Source of the DNA: Camelus ferus
Taxonomy: Eukaryota
Reading direction: 5' to 3'
DNA: 64,000 bases
Assembly: GCF_009834535.1 (NCBI RefSeq)
Contig: NC_045697.1
Coordinates: 75,518,001 to 75,582,000 of the forward strand
The first letter of the stretch is position 1. Each line of letters starts with the position of its first letter. Positions 1-13,684 of this stretch are shown piece after piece. A program made the position numbers and the translations under genes. Below the pieces are notes generated by a model that was given only the letters and a program-made list of their open reading frames with translations, searched no databases and was not told the DNA's origin.

Positions 1-876
1 TTTTATTATAATTAATCTGGACTTAATTCCATTTTAAGGTGTGGTTTTTTAAATGGATGATTCAAAAATAATTAAATTGTGGTTTTGAAAAGTATTTAAT
101 TTAGCCAAAGCAGAGGCAGATCCTGATGATAAAGGAATGATGTCGATGAAATGAATTTCTGTACTTGAAAATAACCTTAGTGAGATCTAGGCCAATTTTG
201 ACAAAAGAACTTGAAACACATCTAATGTTTGTTATAATAGAGTTAAGTATCAACACATTCCCTTTAAACTTCTTCCAGATAGTCTATTAAAAAAGACGTA
301 TTTTCAAAAGAAAAAAGATGCATTGTACAGCCAAGCTATAAACGACCACATATTGGTCAAATCTACCATGGAAATATTAGAAATACTTCCAAAAATCACT
401 CTTTTCTGTAGTTGTGAAAGCAATTCATCTACAGAAAGAGTGTTTCTAAGGCATCATCATATCCTAAAGAGAATTTTTTTCAATTTTCAATATTTCATAT
501 TTACAAGCAGTCTAGGTATAGTATCTCAAACTGAGATATCCTTTTTTCTATGCTTTTTAGTTGGGAATGCTTCGTTTGACCACTTAACTGTAATCTTGTC
601 TCATATCTTTTATATTCTATTCTGCCCACTGAAGCTGAGTCACAAAGAGCTTTCAAAATGTAGTAGAAAGACTACTGGGTACAGAGTTAAAAGAATTTTA
701 CATCAAACTGAGTAGTAATCAGATCAATAGAGCTGTGTAAGTTCCATGGAATAAGGACCATTTTCTACTCTAATCCCAGTGCCTAAAAGAGTGAATGGGC
801 ATTAGATCAGTATTTTTTGAAAGTGAAAATAACATGCTTTAACTATACCATAGGATTATTGTGAAGATTAATAAAG

Positions 877-1463
877 GAAGTACTTTTTTTTTAAAATTAG
901 TAAACATAATTTTAGAGCAGTTTTAGGTTCACAGAAAAATTGAGCAGAAAACAGAGTTTTCATGTATTTTCTGTTCCTACACGCACGTCACAACCTTCAC
1001 CACTATGGACATCCCGCACTACAGTGGTATATTTGCTGTAACTGATGAACCTACATTGACATGTCATTATTACCTAAAGCCCATAGTTCAGCGTTTACTT
1101 CTGTGTCATACAGAAATTCTATGGGCTTGGACAAGTGTATAATGACATGTATCCACCTTTGTAGTATCTTATAGAATAGCTTTACTGCCCTAAAAATCTT
1201 TGGTATTCCATCTATTCATCCCATCCTCCTCCCTAACCCCAGCGACCACTAGTCTTTTTATTGTCTCCATAGTTTTATATTTCCTAGGATGTCATATAGT
1301 GGAAATTATACCGTATATAACCTGTTTAGATTGGCTTCTTTCACTTAATAATATGCATTTAAGATTCCTCTATGAATTTTCATGGCTTGATAGCTCATTT
1401 CTTTTTAGTGCTGAATAATATTTCATTGTCTGGATATACCACAGTTTATTTAGAAGTACTTTT
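877..1463 (-). mobile_element. 5'-truncated old L1 3' end (L1MB/L1MC-like) with 11-bp TSD, inserted in a MIR remnant
   Basis: T-run at 884-892 followed by 'ttttagagcagttttaggttcacagaaaaattgagcagaaa', the antisense of an L1M 3' UTR. GAAGTACTTTT occurs at both 877-887 and 1453-1463. The minus-strand target reads TT/AAAA. Confidence 0.85.
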
Positions 1464-4400
1464 AATCTATAAAACATAACACTGGTTATCATTACAACCA
1501 TTGTGATTGCTGAAGTGACATTTCAACATTAGTCAGCTTGACTGTTCCTCAACTCCTGGTTTTGGGGTCATGGAAACCTACTGATTTCTCATTTTTCATC
1601 AACAAAAGGAGAGTGTAAAAGTATGTTCAAGACATTGGCTGAGGCATATCCAAATATCACACCTATAAAGCAGTCAGTTTGTAACTGTTTCTCCATAGAG
1701 TGCTAATGTGAATTGAACTTGATGTCAAATAGTCATGCATCCTTTCACAGAGAGACTGACTAAGAGAATTTCCAGACAAATAAATGCTCCTTTTTCCTCA
1801 CCCCCAAAGATCAATTCAATATCAAACCCATTAAACCTAGTACTGAAAATTTGAAAAGGGAAAGATGAAGTGTCAATTTATATCTTGTCTGATATGGACC
1901 CAAGCCTAAGACTGAGTATATTCCAAAACAGCACCAAAGCAAGAATTTGAGCCTAGAGGAACAGCAGTGTCCCTATGGTCTTCCAAGCCAAGAATGGCTG
2001 AACATGAGATAAAGTTCCTCCTTCCTGGATGGTAGAACACAATCAGAATGTCTCTAGAAAGTGGAGTGAAAGGTGTGATTCGCTTTGCTAGTTCACCCTT
2101 TGACATTTTTGTCTCACAGGATTCCACTGGGTGCCATCTTTATGAAGTTCTGGGCTCCTGTTTCATTTTATTTTTTAGCAAGCCAAAATCATTTAATGAA
2201 TCAAATTTAACCTCTAGCTGACATGTAGTCAGGTCCCCCTTGTTAGAGTCAGCCCACACTGATAAGAAAGGGAGCAGAGTGCTTTACTGGGAGCATGACC
2301 TGTATCTTCCAAAATTTGATTATTACTCAGTTCAAGAAAAGATACTGAAATAGAAAAGATCAGGAAAGAAGAAGAAATCTCACAGAAAATAGAAACATGA
2401 CATGTTTCAGAAACATCTATGTTTTCTGGGTCATCTTTTAAGCCAGATACCAGGATAACTCATTTAACCAAAATTATATCACTCTCTTGTTGGTATTCAG
2501 GGTTGCAGATTCCAAGAGACATGACACAGCTTTTTTCTTTTTTCTGTATTTTTTTGGGGGGGGTTGGTATTTAGAAGAGTCATTTCAAGCATAACAAGAT
2601 TTTAGACCTTTTAATTCACTGTTAAGTTGGTAAATGTTATGTTCATAGTGATACATGTGGTCTACCTCAAGAAAGAAGCAATTCTCATAATTTTTGAAAG
2701 TAGGCAGAAGGTCCATGTGTTATTTCAGATCCTTTGTTTTAGAGCCACAGTTCCATTACTCATTTCTTCATTCAGTTTTCAAAGTATCTACTGGAACTTT
2801 AGCAGGTGAAGCAGGAGAATACAGTAACAGCTTTCAACTTTGGTTCCATAAAAATTATCCTGGGCTTCTAGGAAAGAATAGCAAAGGTGGATTGTGCTTC
2901 TTGAGGCCATTATTCTTCGTGGCCACTGTTCTTTAATGATGATGATTATGTCAAAACATTTTAGGTATAATCCCTTTTATCTAAACTTACTACATCAACA
3001 AGCTTATAGCTTTATATAAGGACTGCCTCTGGCAGCCCCAGTTAATTCTGGCACAAGACGATTGTCTTAAAAGAATGAAATTTTATTTACCTTGCTCTTA
3101 TCATCACTACTTTCAACATCTACTATTAACTAATTTTGAATCTACTTGAGACTTATTCTAGAGTTAAATTTAATTCCATTAGTCTTTCATTTTTATTCAT
3201 TTTATTCATTCCTATACTGTAAAGTCAAAACTAAAACTAAAATCAAAAAATAAATAAATACATAAAATTAAAAAGATTTTTCTTTGATCTCTAAATGAAG
3301 TTAAAGCAATTTCAGTTTTTAGCTCAGGAGTTGCACCACAAGCATAAGGTAAGTACAGGAAACAGAGGGTCAATTTTACAAAGAATAATTAAAGAACTTC
3401 TCACACTCCTCTTGTCGTAGAAGAGATTTTCCATATATCAACATATAATTTCCTGACTATGTCAGAGCTCTCAGATATTGTCCTAAAATAGCTAGAATAA
3501 TCTAGATCCTAGAGCAGTAAAAATTTCCTCCATAGTTGGTTATTCCTGGGAAACAAAGCTTACCTTTTACTCTTGCTATTTTCAATTCTGTCACAGAATC
3601 ACAAACCCCTTCTACTCCTTACATTGCTCTTGGATACTGGAGAACACATTTACATGGCTCTGATTCAGCTAGATACTGAAAGAAATATTTGATGCATTCT
3701 ACATTGGAAATGACTTGTTAGATTTAATACTGTTAAATCATTAAAACATAGTTCCAATGAAGCAAATTGATAGGATTTCATTATGCATAAGGAAAAGAAT
3801 TTCTTGTAATAAAAGATTTTTTTGTTTAGGCATTTTTATTCATTTAGGCTTCTTGGATAATTGTTTCTTCCAATTATTTTTACTCTTTAATAACTATGTA
3901 GTAAATGTCGTGTTTTGCTTGGTCTAAAATACATCCTATCAACAATTAACCCACATTACAAAGTAAATTCTGAAGGTCATAGTTAATAATTTTTTTTTTA
4001 AATAAGAGAAAAGGATTTGGGGGAAAGACTGTCAGTAAATAAAAAGTGCTAGATCACTGACAGTTCTTGTTTATGTTACAGGGTTTTCCTTAAACAAAAA
4101 TCAGCATGCGTTTACTGATGTAATTTCCATATAATGACTTATTGCACGTGTATCTGAGAACTAACAAAAGTTGCAGGAATCAAAATCCCTTTCTAGTAAA
4201 CTACCTCCTCTAGGAAAAGAGGGTGTTAAAAAGAAGAAGTCACATCTATGAAATTGCTAAGCAAACGCTAAAGGGGATGATAGATACCACTTTCATGATT
4301 AATGTGGTCTTATCATCTACTTCTGCTGGGTTCAGTTTCTGTTTTCTAATTTTCTGGTTCAAAGTAATAAAACAAGTTAGTAAAAAGATGGAGAAGCAAT

Positions 4401-7139
4401 TCTCAGAATACAGACAATAGAATTTAAAGGGCAGCAGAACAAACAAAACATTCTTGAATCAAAGGAATTGACTGTTGCCAAAAAGAGCCAAGAGGCCAAG
4501 AATTGCATCCTTCTGCTCTAAGGTGCGTAGTTTGGTGCGTTTGTTTTCATTTCTGAAGAAGAGCAAGAATATAAAAAACATCAATCATCACTTCAAGAAT
4601 TTGGAACCATCTAAAACCTTTTCCTTCTCCCCCAAACGCCTGCAGAACTTGGCTCAGAAACCACTCCATCACTGTAAAAATAAATGAGAAGATTGTGCAT
4701 AATACCATAGAAATCCAAGTTAGTGGTGTATTGAGAGGGATCTGCTTTCCTGTTCCCAGTTGGTTGAATTCAGGCATGAACTGCAGGGAATGCTTTCAAA
4801 ATAACTCTATTCATTATAGATGCTTTTGGAGGAAGAATCCAAAGTGTTCCAAATCCCAAGGGCTGCTCTGCTACACTGAGTGGCCTTTGGATTGACATCC
4901 ATACTAGTCAACTTACAACAAGCTCTAATCCCACAACAGCTCTGCTGGCCAGAATATTTTTTATTGTAGAAAGGATCAAGAAAATGGCTTGAAATAGGGT
5001 GATCTTGCATTAGAGCTACAGTAAAGATGAATATTGAAAATCCATGAATTAAGTTTGGCTTCTATATCAGGAGTGCAATTGTGTATGTTTATTGAGATGT
5101 TGAGTGTGGACAGCACAGTAATAAAATGAGCATATCCTCTAGTTCCAAGTTCAAGCCCAGCACATAATAGGTGCACAAGAAATATATAATTGAGCCAAAA
5201 CCAAAAATCTCAGCCAATATTTTGTTTCCATAGAAGAAATCAATCACAAATAAAGTTGCTTGTGAATCATTTCATTTACTATAGAAGATGCATAGTTTGT
5301 TTGCAAAAGAAATTATACCTGTAATTTCTGCATCAAGAGATAATAAAAAATGTTTTGCCATAAAGTGAAATTGGAAGTACTATACTATTACCTGATGGTC
5401 GTAAAGTACTTTCTTTATCTGAGAAACTCAAAATTCACGCTTTGTGTTTTTAGCTGTAACCTTTTATCCCACTGTATCTGCCAGTTAAAAATTTTGTTCT
5501 ACTTTGACTCCTGTTTCCTGTATCATAATTCTATCTTCCTTCTTCCTCATGCAATATAGTAAACAAATACATGTTCATCCTCGTGGATTCAGAATTACAT
5601 GTAGGTGCAATTAGTTACCTTCACTGATACTTCTTCCAAGAAATAGTTCCTATTAAAAATCAAATACCTTTATTGAATTCATCAATCACTTAACACAGAC
5701 TTGAAGGTAATGCATTCTCAAGCTATCCTGTCCCAAGGGAAACTAACAGTCTAAAGTTGTTTCAAGTTTTTCATAATTTGTTCACATTTTTAGCCTTATA
5801 GAGACAACATCTGGGTCATATGAGATTGGAAGAACTTGGGGAGAATTTCCTATATAACTGTCTAAGAAAGCAAAGGAACTTGTTAACAGAAGAAGTAATC
5901 CAATTGAATAACTGGCATTTGCGAGGCATGGTAAAGACTCAGTCTGGCTTTCACCCAATCTCTCCTCCTGTCACACAGTCAAGGAATATGCACTAACATT
6001 GAAGAACCACAAATCTCCAGAGAAATAAAATGAATTTGGGTTCATTTCTGAGGGTTACTCTCTTCTACACATACAACAAGCCAAATTACTCTAGTTCACA
6101 CGTTGAGGGTGAGAAGATAGGATTTAGATGGCAAAAGGAAAAGAGAAGGATTATTTTTTGATTAGGCAGTTGTTTTTCATCTCTCAGAATTTTTCTGGAC
6201 TTCATACCTTTCTAATGTTATTAAACCATAATTTCCCCCATTGCATGAGAAGAAATTAGACCATGCAAATAAAGCAGCTCATACTTGAGATGATGTAGCC
6301 ACGAGAGTATTTCAACCAACCCCGTATTGTATGACTGACTCAGACACTGAATAGAAAAAGCTGAATCTGCTTCTTCTCCCTCCCTTAACAGAGAGGCAAA
6401 CACACTGTCAGCACTCAATTAATAAACTATGATACGAAATCCTCGGAGGCAATTTGTGGTCCACTCCTGGACATCCTTGCCTTTGGCATGGCTCACTGTG
6501 CAGTGATAGATCTGGCTGCCATTCCCACTGAAAATGATGGGAAGTATCTGACACTTTACTCAAATAGGGGGTAAAATCCTTTCTATGAGGAACCACCAAC
6601 TTACCAAGCAGATAAGCAGTGAGAAAAACAACTTCTTTTCACTGTTCATCAGAGACAGTAAGATACACAGTTTTTGATAAAACCTTAAGAGATACATTGG
6701 GTACAGAAGGATTTATGTCCTCTGCATCCAAGTGGGTTTCTCTGAGGGATTATATGTTCCTTCCAAAAATTAGAGACCTCTTAAAGGTCAATACGGCATG
6801 GCATGATATCCAGTCACTTATTAACACTGAAAGCATGGATTACGTTGTATAATTAAACTTTTTAAAATCTCCTAGCCACCAAGTACAAAATATTTTCAAG
6901 TGCATAGGCAACATGGACAACTTCTCTGAAAGCAAAGACATGGGAATGCTTTTGCTATTGTCTTGTTCAATGAGATTTAAGGAGCAGAGCTCTGGAATTG
7001 AAATATTCAAACACATTGTCTTTTGGTGTCCACATTTTCAATTAAGAAGCAACAAAATAATTGTTATTACCAGAACACATGGAAAACATAGCACATGAAA
7101 CATTAATTTAGTAAGATATGAACATTAATTTATCTAAGC

Positions 7140-7660
7140 AGATACTATTTTAGAGGTTTCTGCTTCTTGTTCTAAGTCCTCCCTTCCCTGAGAACTGTCT
7201 CTACAGCTCTGAGGTTATTTTGGTAGTGCCTCTTGTCCTCTGGTTACAGGTTGGTGCGCCAAGGGTAAGCACCTGCCCTGTTCAGATTTCATCTTTCATG
7301 AATAAAAACAGGGGTCATAGAATTCCAGTCAGTTTATTGTTGGCAGTGGAGCATAGGGAAAATGATGCTACATGAATAGAGTCATCACTTCTTGTCACAA
7401 AGTAAGAGGGAAAGTGAGAGCAAGAGGGAGAGAAAGAGAAAGTGGTCAAAAAGAGGACACAAGAAACCACATAACTCCTAAGAAAGAGTCAAAACATGGT
7501 CACCTTATTTTCTGACGCCTTTCCCCTTTCTCATTTCTTGCACTTCTATTTCTTGAGATCTCTCTGTTAGGCTCAGAAATATGCCTAATATTTCTAACAG
7601 ATTTATTATGCCTGAATAGATTTCTCACTTCTCTTTAGGATAGTTTGAATGGATGCCTGG
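7140..7660. mobile_element. Possible ancient ERVL-type LTR remnant
   Basis: Composition and layout resemble LTR16/LTR33-type fossils. No diagnostic termini were resolved. Confidence 0.25.
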
Positions 7661-7669
7661 CATAAGCAG

Positions 7670-8425
7670 AATTCGTCAAACATTTTCTTAATTTACTAAA
7701 TAGTTGTGATGAAGGGCCTTCTGCAAGGCATTGTGGGATAGCTGGTGAATGAGTAAAATTTCTACTGTCAAAGCAAATAATTTTTGAAGTAAAGTGCAAT
7801 ATATTCAGTTATAAGTTCCATAATAAAAGGCACACAAGGTGCTTCAGTCATAGGTGATAAAAGTATGAGTGCTGGAGTGAGAAACACTGACACTTGAATC
7901 CTGCCACTTACCAGCTGTGGGTCTGTTAACTAAAAAGGGGTATAATGATAGTACCTACCTCTTAGCATGTGAATAGTAAATCTTAGCTGCTGTAACTCCA
8001 GAACAGCCAGAAGAGACAGTAATTATGATATGGAAAAAACTCAGGATTAGTGTTCATGGAGGGTGACATAGGAGTTGAGTACTGAAAGGTACATACAATT
8101 TCAGAAGAAAAGATTGTCTAGGCAGAGGAAACAGAAGAAGCAAAGATACAGAGACATGAAAATGCCCAGGCTAGTCACATTGCTTACAACGGAAAGTTGT
8201 AGAAGACGTGGAGAATGAAAGGAAATAAGTGGTAAAAGCCTTCTAGTGCCAAGAGATGGGAATTGAACATCATTCTAAAGGAAACAGAAGACTGTCAAAG
8301 GCTTTTTTTTTTTTTAATTAGAAACAATCATGTCTGTGTTACAGAAAAATAAAAATATTAAAATATAATAATATGAGGACAGAATGAAGACAATGAGATC
8401 AGTTAAAAGGCTATTGCTGTGGCCC
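7670..8425 (-). mobile_element. L2 remnant interrupted by a MIR
   Basis: Antisense L2 3' motifs: 'caaggcattgtgggatagctggtgaatgag', 'ctaggcagaggaaacag...gcaaagatacagagacatgaaa', 'gagatcagttaaaaggctattg'. Confidence 0.6.
7855..7990 (+). mobile_element. MIR SINE fragment
   Basis: 'ttgaatcctgccacttaccagctgtg' and 'aaaggggtataatgatagtacctacctc' resemble the MIR core. Confidence 0.65.
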
Positions 8426-9159
8426 TGGAATTTCCCCCTACCTACGTGATAGTTCTTACATCAAGAGGAATAGAAAGTTGATTCCTGCATTTGAGGACCA
8501 GATGTTTAAAATACCTAGGCTTACCCAAAGGCCATTTTATTCATGAATTTCTACATCTAAAACATATGTTCCACTCTTTAACACCCAGTTCAAGATACCC
8601 AGGGGGAGGAAACCATCTAAAAATGGGCTTCCTTTATCCAGGCCCTAATAATAGATAACAGATCTGCCTTAATGCGCCATATCCAGGATTTACCAGAAGT
8701 TCCTTAAACCACACCTGGCATATCAAAGACGAGTAACTAGGAGGATATTTTATTTATTTATTATTTATACTGTGTTTTCACCCAAAATGGTTTTTGAGGC
8801 AATGTACCCTGAAGTTTAAATGAGTACATCCCACAATTTTCCTGAGAATCCAAGAACCAACATAAAGAAAAGCACCTCTCAGTGTCAGGCCCCTCCTGGG
8901 TTCCTAACCTCAGAATGTCACCCTTTGGGAAATTCATACAGACTTACATTTTTGTTCTTTATAATGAGCAATGGCAAAAGAATAAAAGAAAGGATTAGAC
9001 TGAAGGAGATGGAAGCTCAGCTAAGCAAAAGGTGAACAAGACTAAGATGGAGCCCAGTGTCCAAGAAAATCAGGGAAGGAGGGAAAGAGAATTGAGTGAG
9101 TGATTACAAAGGAAGAGTTTTGCAAAAGGTAACCAGCTAAAACCAGTCAGAAGAGAGAA

Positions 9160-9595
9160 TGTCTGTGGTATATCTATTCAATGGAATACCACTCAGCAAT
9201 AGAAAGAATAAACTACTGATACATGTAACAATATAAATGAATCTCAAAATAGTTATGCTGAGTGAAAGAAACCAGAAAAAGCAGAGTGCTTACTTTATGA
9301 TTCCACTTATATAAAATTCTAGAATATCAAACTAATTTACAGTAATGGAAAGCAGATTAGTTATTTCCTGAGAATGGAAACTAATCTACAGTGATAGAAA
9401 TCAGAATAATATCTACCTTCAGCAAAAGGAAGGGAATTACTGGGAAAGGGAATGAGGAAAATTTCTGAGATAATGGAAATGCTGTGTATCTTCATAGGAT
9501 CTGGGTTATATGCATTCATTAAAGTCATAGAACAGTGAAAATATGAGCAATTCATATGTGTAATTTATACTTCAATATGTAAAACTTAAATGTAA
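9160..9595 (+). mobile_element. Old L1 (L1MC/L1ME-like) 3' UTR
   Basis: 'tgtggtatatctattcaatggaataccactcagcaatagaaagaataaactactgatacatg...atgctgagtgaaagaaaccaga'. Confidence 0.8.
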
Positions 9596-10671
9596 TTTTA
9601 AAGGACTTGGAATGAATAATATGCCATAAAATTAGGTAACAAATGAAACAGACAAATTCCTAGGAAGAGACAAAACTACCAAAACCTGACTCAAGAAGAA
9701 ACAGAAAATTTGAGTAGATCTATAATAAATTAAAAACTCAAAACAGTAATTTTAAAACTTCATACAATAAAAGCCTAGGCCCAGATGGCTTTACTTTGAA
9801 TTTCACCAAGAATTTAAAGAATTAATACAAATTCTTTACAAGTTATTCCAAAATAAACAAGAAGGAATATTTCCTAACTCATTCTATGAAACCAATATTA
9901 ACTTGATAACAAAACAAAGCAAAGACATCACAAAAAAAGAAAGTTACAGACAAATATCTTCTTATAAAAATAGGTGCAAAAATTCTTAGCAATATACTAA
10001 CAAACTAAATTTAGCAACATACAAAAAGGATTATACAGCTTGATCAAGTGGGATTTATCCTAGGAATGCAAGGTTGTTCTCTGAAAATCAATTTAATGTA
10101 ATATACCATATGAATAGAATAAAGGACAAAAATCACATGACCATCTAAATAGATAAATAAAAAGAATTTGACAAATGTTGTCGTGATAAAAACATTCAAC
10201 AAGCTAGGAATAGAAGAGAACTTCTTTAGCCTGGTAAGACATTATGAAAAACCCAGAGCTAATATCACAGTTAATGGTGAGCACTAATCCTTTCCCCTCT
10301 AAGATAAGGAAGAAGATACGGATGTTCACTCTTACCACTTCTCTCCAACAATGGAATGGAGGGCCTAGCCAAGTCAGTTGAGCAAGGAAGAGAAATAAAA
10401 GGCATCCAGATTGGAAAGAAAGAAGTAAAACTATTTTAATTTGCAGATAATGTGATCTTATATATTAAAAAAATCCTATGAAACAACAGGAAAACTACTA
10501 TAACTAACAAACAAACTCAGCAAAGTTGCAGGATATAAAATCAATATACAAACATCAATTGTATTTGTATATACTAGCAATGAACAATCCCAGAAAGAAA
10601 TTAAGAAAACAATTTTATCAGTGCCTCAAAAAGATAAAGCACTTAGAAATAATTTTAACAAAGAAATGAAA

Positions 10672-12325
10672 GTCATCTACAGATTTAATGTGATTTTTAT
10701 CAAATTACCCTAGACATTTTTCACAGAATTAGAACAAATAATCCTAAAATTTATATGGAATCACAAAAGACCCAGAATTGTCAAAGCAATACTGAAGAAA
10801 AAGAATGAAGCTGGAGGAAGAACCCTCTCAGACTTCAGACAATACTATAGAGCTACAATCATCAAAACATTATGGTATTGGCACAAAAACAGACATATGA
10901 GTCAATAGAACAAAATAGAAAGTGAAACCATACACCTATGGTCAATTAATCTTCAACAAAGGAGGCAAGAATATACAACAGAGAAAAGACAGTCTCTTCA
11001 GCAAGTGGTGTTGCAAAAGCTGGATAGCCACATATGAATCAATGAAGTTAGAACACTCCCTCACATCATTTACAAAAATAAATTCAAAATGGCTTAAAAA
11101 ATTAAACATAAGACAAGATACCATAAATATCCCAGAAAAGAACACAGGTAATACATCTCTGACATAAATCATAGCAATGTTTTCCAAGGTCAGTCTACCA
11201 AAGCAATAGAAATAAAAGCAAAAATAAACAAATGGGACTTTTAAACTTAGAAGCTTTTGCACAGCAAAGGAAACCATAAACAAAACGAAAAGACAACCTA
11301 CAGAATGGGAGAAAATATTTCCAAACAATGCAACTGACAAGAGCTTAGCTTCCAGAATATACAAACAGCTCATATAACTCAATAACAAAAACAAACACCA
11401 CAATCCAAAAGTGGGCAGAAGACCTAAACAGACATGTCTCTAATGAAGACATACAGATGGCCAATAGCACATGAAAAGATGCTCAACATTGCTAATTATT
11501 AGAGAAATGCAAATCAAAACTACAATGAGGTATCACCTCACACCAGTCAGAATGACCATTATTAAAATGTCCACAAACAATAAATGTGAGAGAGGGTGTG
11601 GAGAAAAGGGAACCCTTCTACACTGTTGGCGGGAATGTAATTTGGTGCAGCCAATATGGAAAACCATATGGAGATTCCTTAAAAAACTGAAAATAGAGTT
11701 ACTATATGATCCAGCAATCCCACTCCTGAGCATATAACCAGAGGGAACTCCAATTCAAAAAGATAATGCACCCCAATGTTCATAGAAGCACTATTTACAA
11801 TAACCAAAACATGGAAGCAACCTAAATGTCCATCCATAGATGACTGGATAAAGAAGTTGTGGTATATATTTACAATGGAATACTACTTGGCCATTAAAAA
11901 GAGTGAAATAATGCCACTTGCAGCAACATGGATGGACATAGAGATTATCAATACTAAGTGAAATGTCAGACAGAAAAAGACAAATATCACATGATTATCA
12001 CTTATATGTGTGGAATCTAAAAAATGAGACGAATGAACTTATTTACAAAACAGAAACAGACTCACAGACAGAAAACAAACTTATGGTAACCAAAGGGGAA
12101 AGAGGGGTGAGGGATAAATTAGGAGTTTGGTATTAGCAGATATAAACGCCTATACATAAAATAGATAAACAACAAGTCATATAGTATATCACAGGGAACT
12201 ATATTCAATATCTTGTAATAATCTAAGAAGAATATGTATATGTATGACTGAATTACTGTGCTGTATACCAGAAAGTAACACAGCACTGTAAATCAACTAT
12301 ACTTCAATAAAAAAGAAAAAGAAAA
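10672..12325 (+). mobile_element. Younger 5'-truncated artiodactyl/camelid-type L1 (ORF2 C-terminus, 3' UTR, A-tail)
   Basis: ORFs 10922-11167, 11471-11737 (Cys-rich '[15 protein letters not shown]') and 11776-11961 are L1 ORF2. The element ends 'actatacttcaataaaaaagaaaaagaaaaaa'. Degenerate TSD: AAAGAAATGAAA (10660-10671) vs AAAGAAGTGCAA (12326-12337). Confidence 0.92.
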
Positions 12326-12652
12326 AAAGAAGTGCAAATCTACTCCATTGAAAAGTATACACATTATTGAAAGAAATTAAAGAAAATCTAAATAAATGAA
12401 GAGACATCCCACATTGATGGATCAGAAGACTTTACTGTTAAGATATTTAGATTCAACACAATTCAACACAAATCAATAAGATCTATAGATTTGATACAAT
12501 CTGTATCAAAATCACAATGGCAGCTAAGCATTTTGCAGAAATTAGTGAGGCGATCCTAAAATTCACATGGAAATGGAAGGGACTCAGCTTAGTCATAACA
12601 ATCTTGAGAAAGAGCAAAGTTAAAAGACTCACACTTCAAATTTCAAAACTTA

Positions 12653-13120
12653 ATTTCTGAATTAGTATTTTCATTTTCTTGAGGTATATACCCAGGAATG
12701 GAATTACTGGATCATATAGTAGTTCTAGTTTTAACTTTTTGAGGAACTTCCATGCTATTTTCCATAGTGGCTGTACCAATTTACATTAACACCCAAGGAT
12801 GTAATGTACAGGGAATATAGCCAACATTTTTTTAAATTGAAGTATAGTCAGTTACAATGTGCCAATTTCTAGTGTACAGCATAATGTTTCAGTCATACAT
12901 ATACATACGTATATTCTTTTTCGTTATAGGTTACTACAAGATACTGAATGTAGTTCCCTGTGCTATACAGAAGAAATTTGTCTTTTATCTGTCTTATATA
13001 TAGTAGTTCATATTTTAGAACAACTTTATGTGGCGTATAATCTAGAAAAATATTGAATCACTACGCTTTACACCTGAAACTAATATAATACTGTTAGTCA
13101 ACTATACTTCCAAAAAAAAA
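12653..13120 (+). mobile_element. Short 5'-inverted L1 insertion (antisense ORF2 end ~12653-12790, then sense 3' UTR and poly-A)
   Basis: 12653-12790 is antisense L1 ORF2 C-terminal sequence. From ~12795 the sense 3' UTR 'aaggatgtaatgtacagggaatatagccaa...gtcaactatacttccaaaaaaa' follows. AAAACTTA flanks both sides. Confidence 0.75.
12826..13008 (-). mobile_element. Short camelid-type L1 3' end nested in the inverted L1
   Basis: T-run then 'aaattgaagtatagtcagttacaatgtg...tagttccctgtgctatacag', the reverse complement of the L1 tails seen at 12160-12310 and 57285-57458. Confidence 0.85.
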
Positions 13121-13173
13121 AACTTACTACAAAGCTACAGTAATCAAGACAGTGTGGACCTGACATAAGGATA

Positions 13174-13684
13174 TGTGGTAGACAGAAAAACAGCCTCTCC
13201 AGAGATGTCCATGCCCTAATCTCCTCAACCTGGGAATACATTACCTTACATGGCAAAAGACAATTTGCATATGTGATTAAATTAAGAATCTTGTGATGGG
13301 AAGAGCATCCTGGATTATACAAATGGGCCCACTGTAGTCACAAGGATCCTTACACGTGAAAGAGGACAGCAGAAGAGTATGAGTCGGAGGAGGTATGGTG
13401 ATGGAAGTGGAGGTCTGAGCAATGTGATTACTGACTTGGAAGGTGGAAGAAGGCAGCAAGTGAAGGTGAAGGAATACATGCAGTCCCTAGAAGCTGGAAA
13501 AGGCAAGACTCTTCTAGAGCCTCCAGAAAGAACACAGCACTGGAAACAGGTTGGTTTTAGCCCAGTGAGGCCATTTCAAATTTCTGTCCTCCAGAACTGC
13601 AGAGCTGTAAGATTATAAATTGTGCTTTAAGTCATTAAGTTTGTGCTAAGTTTGTGGTTACAGCAAAAATAGGAAACTAATAAA
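13174..13684 (+). mobile_element. MaLR solo LTR, MLT1D-like
   Basis: Starts 'tgtggtagacagaa...agatgtccatgccctaatc...ttaccttacatggcaaaag' and ends 'gttacagcaaaaataggaaactaata'. About 510 bp. Confidence 0.85.

Noticed and set aside
323..715. 130-aa ORF
   Set aside because: TTG start, low-complexity AT-driven composition, no recognisable domain or splice context.
10942..11403. 153-aa hydrophobic minus-strand ORF (likewise 33581-33841, 44105-44389, 45899-46114)
   Set aside because: Antisense reading of A-rich L1 ORF2.
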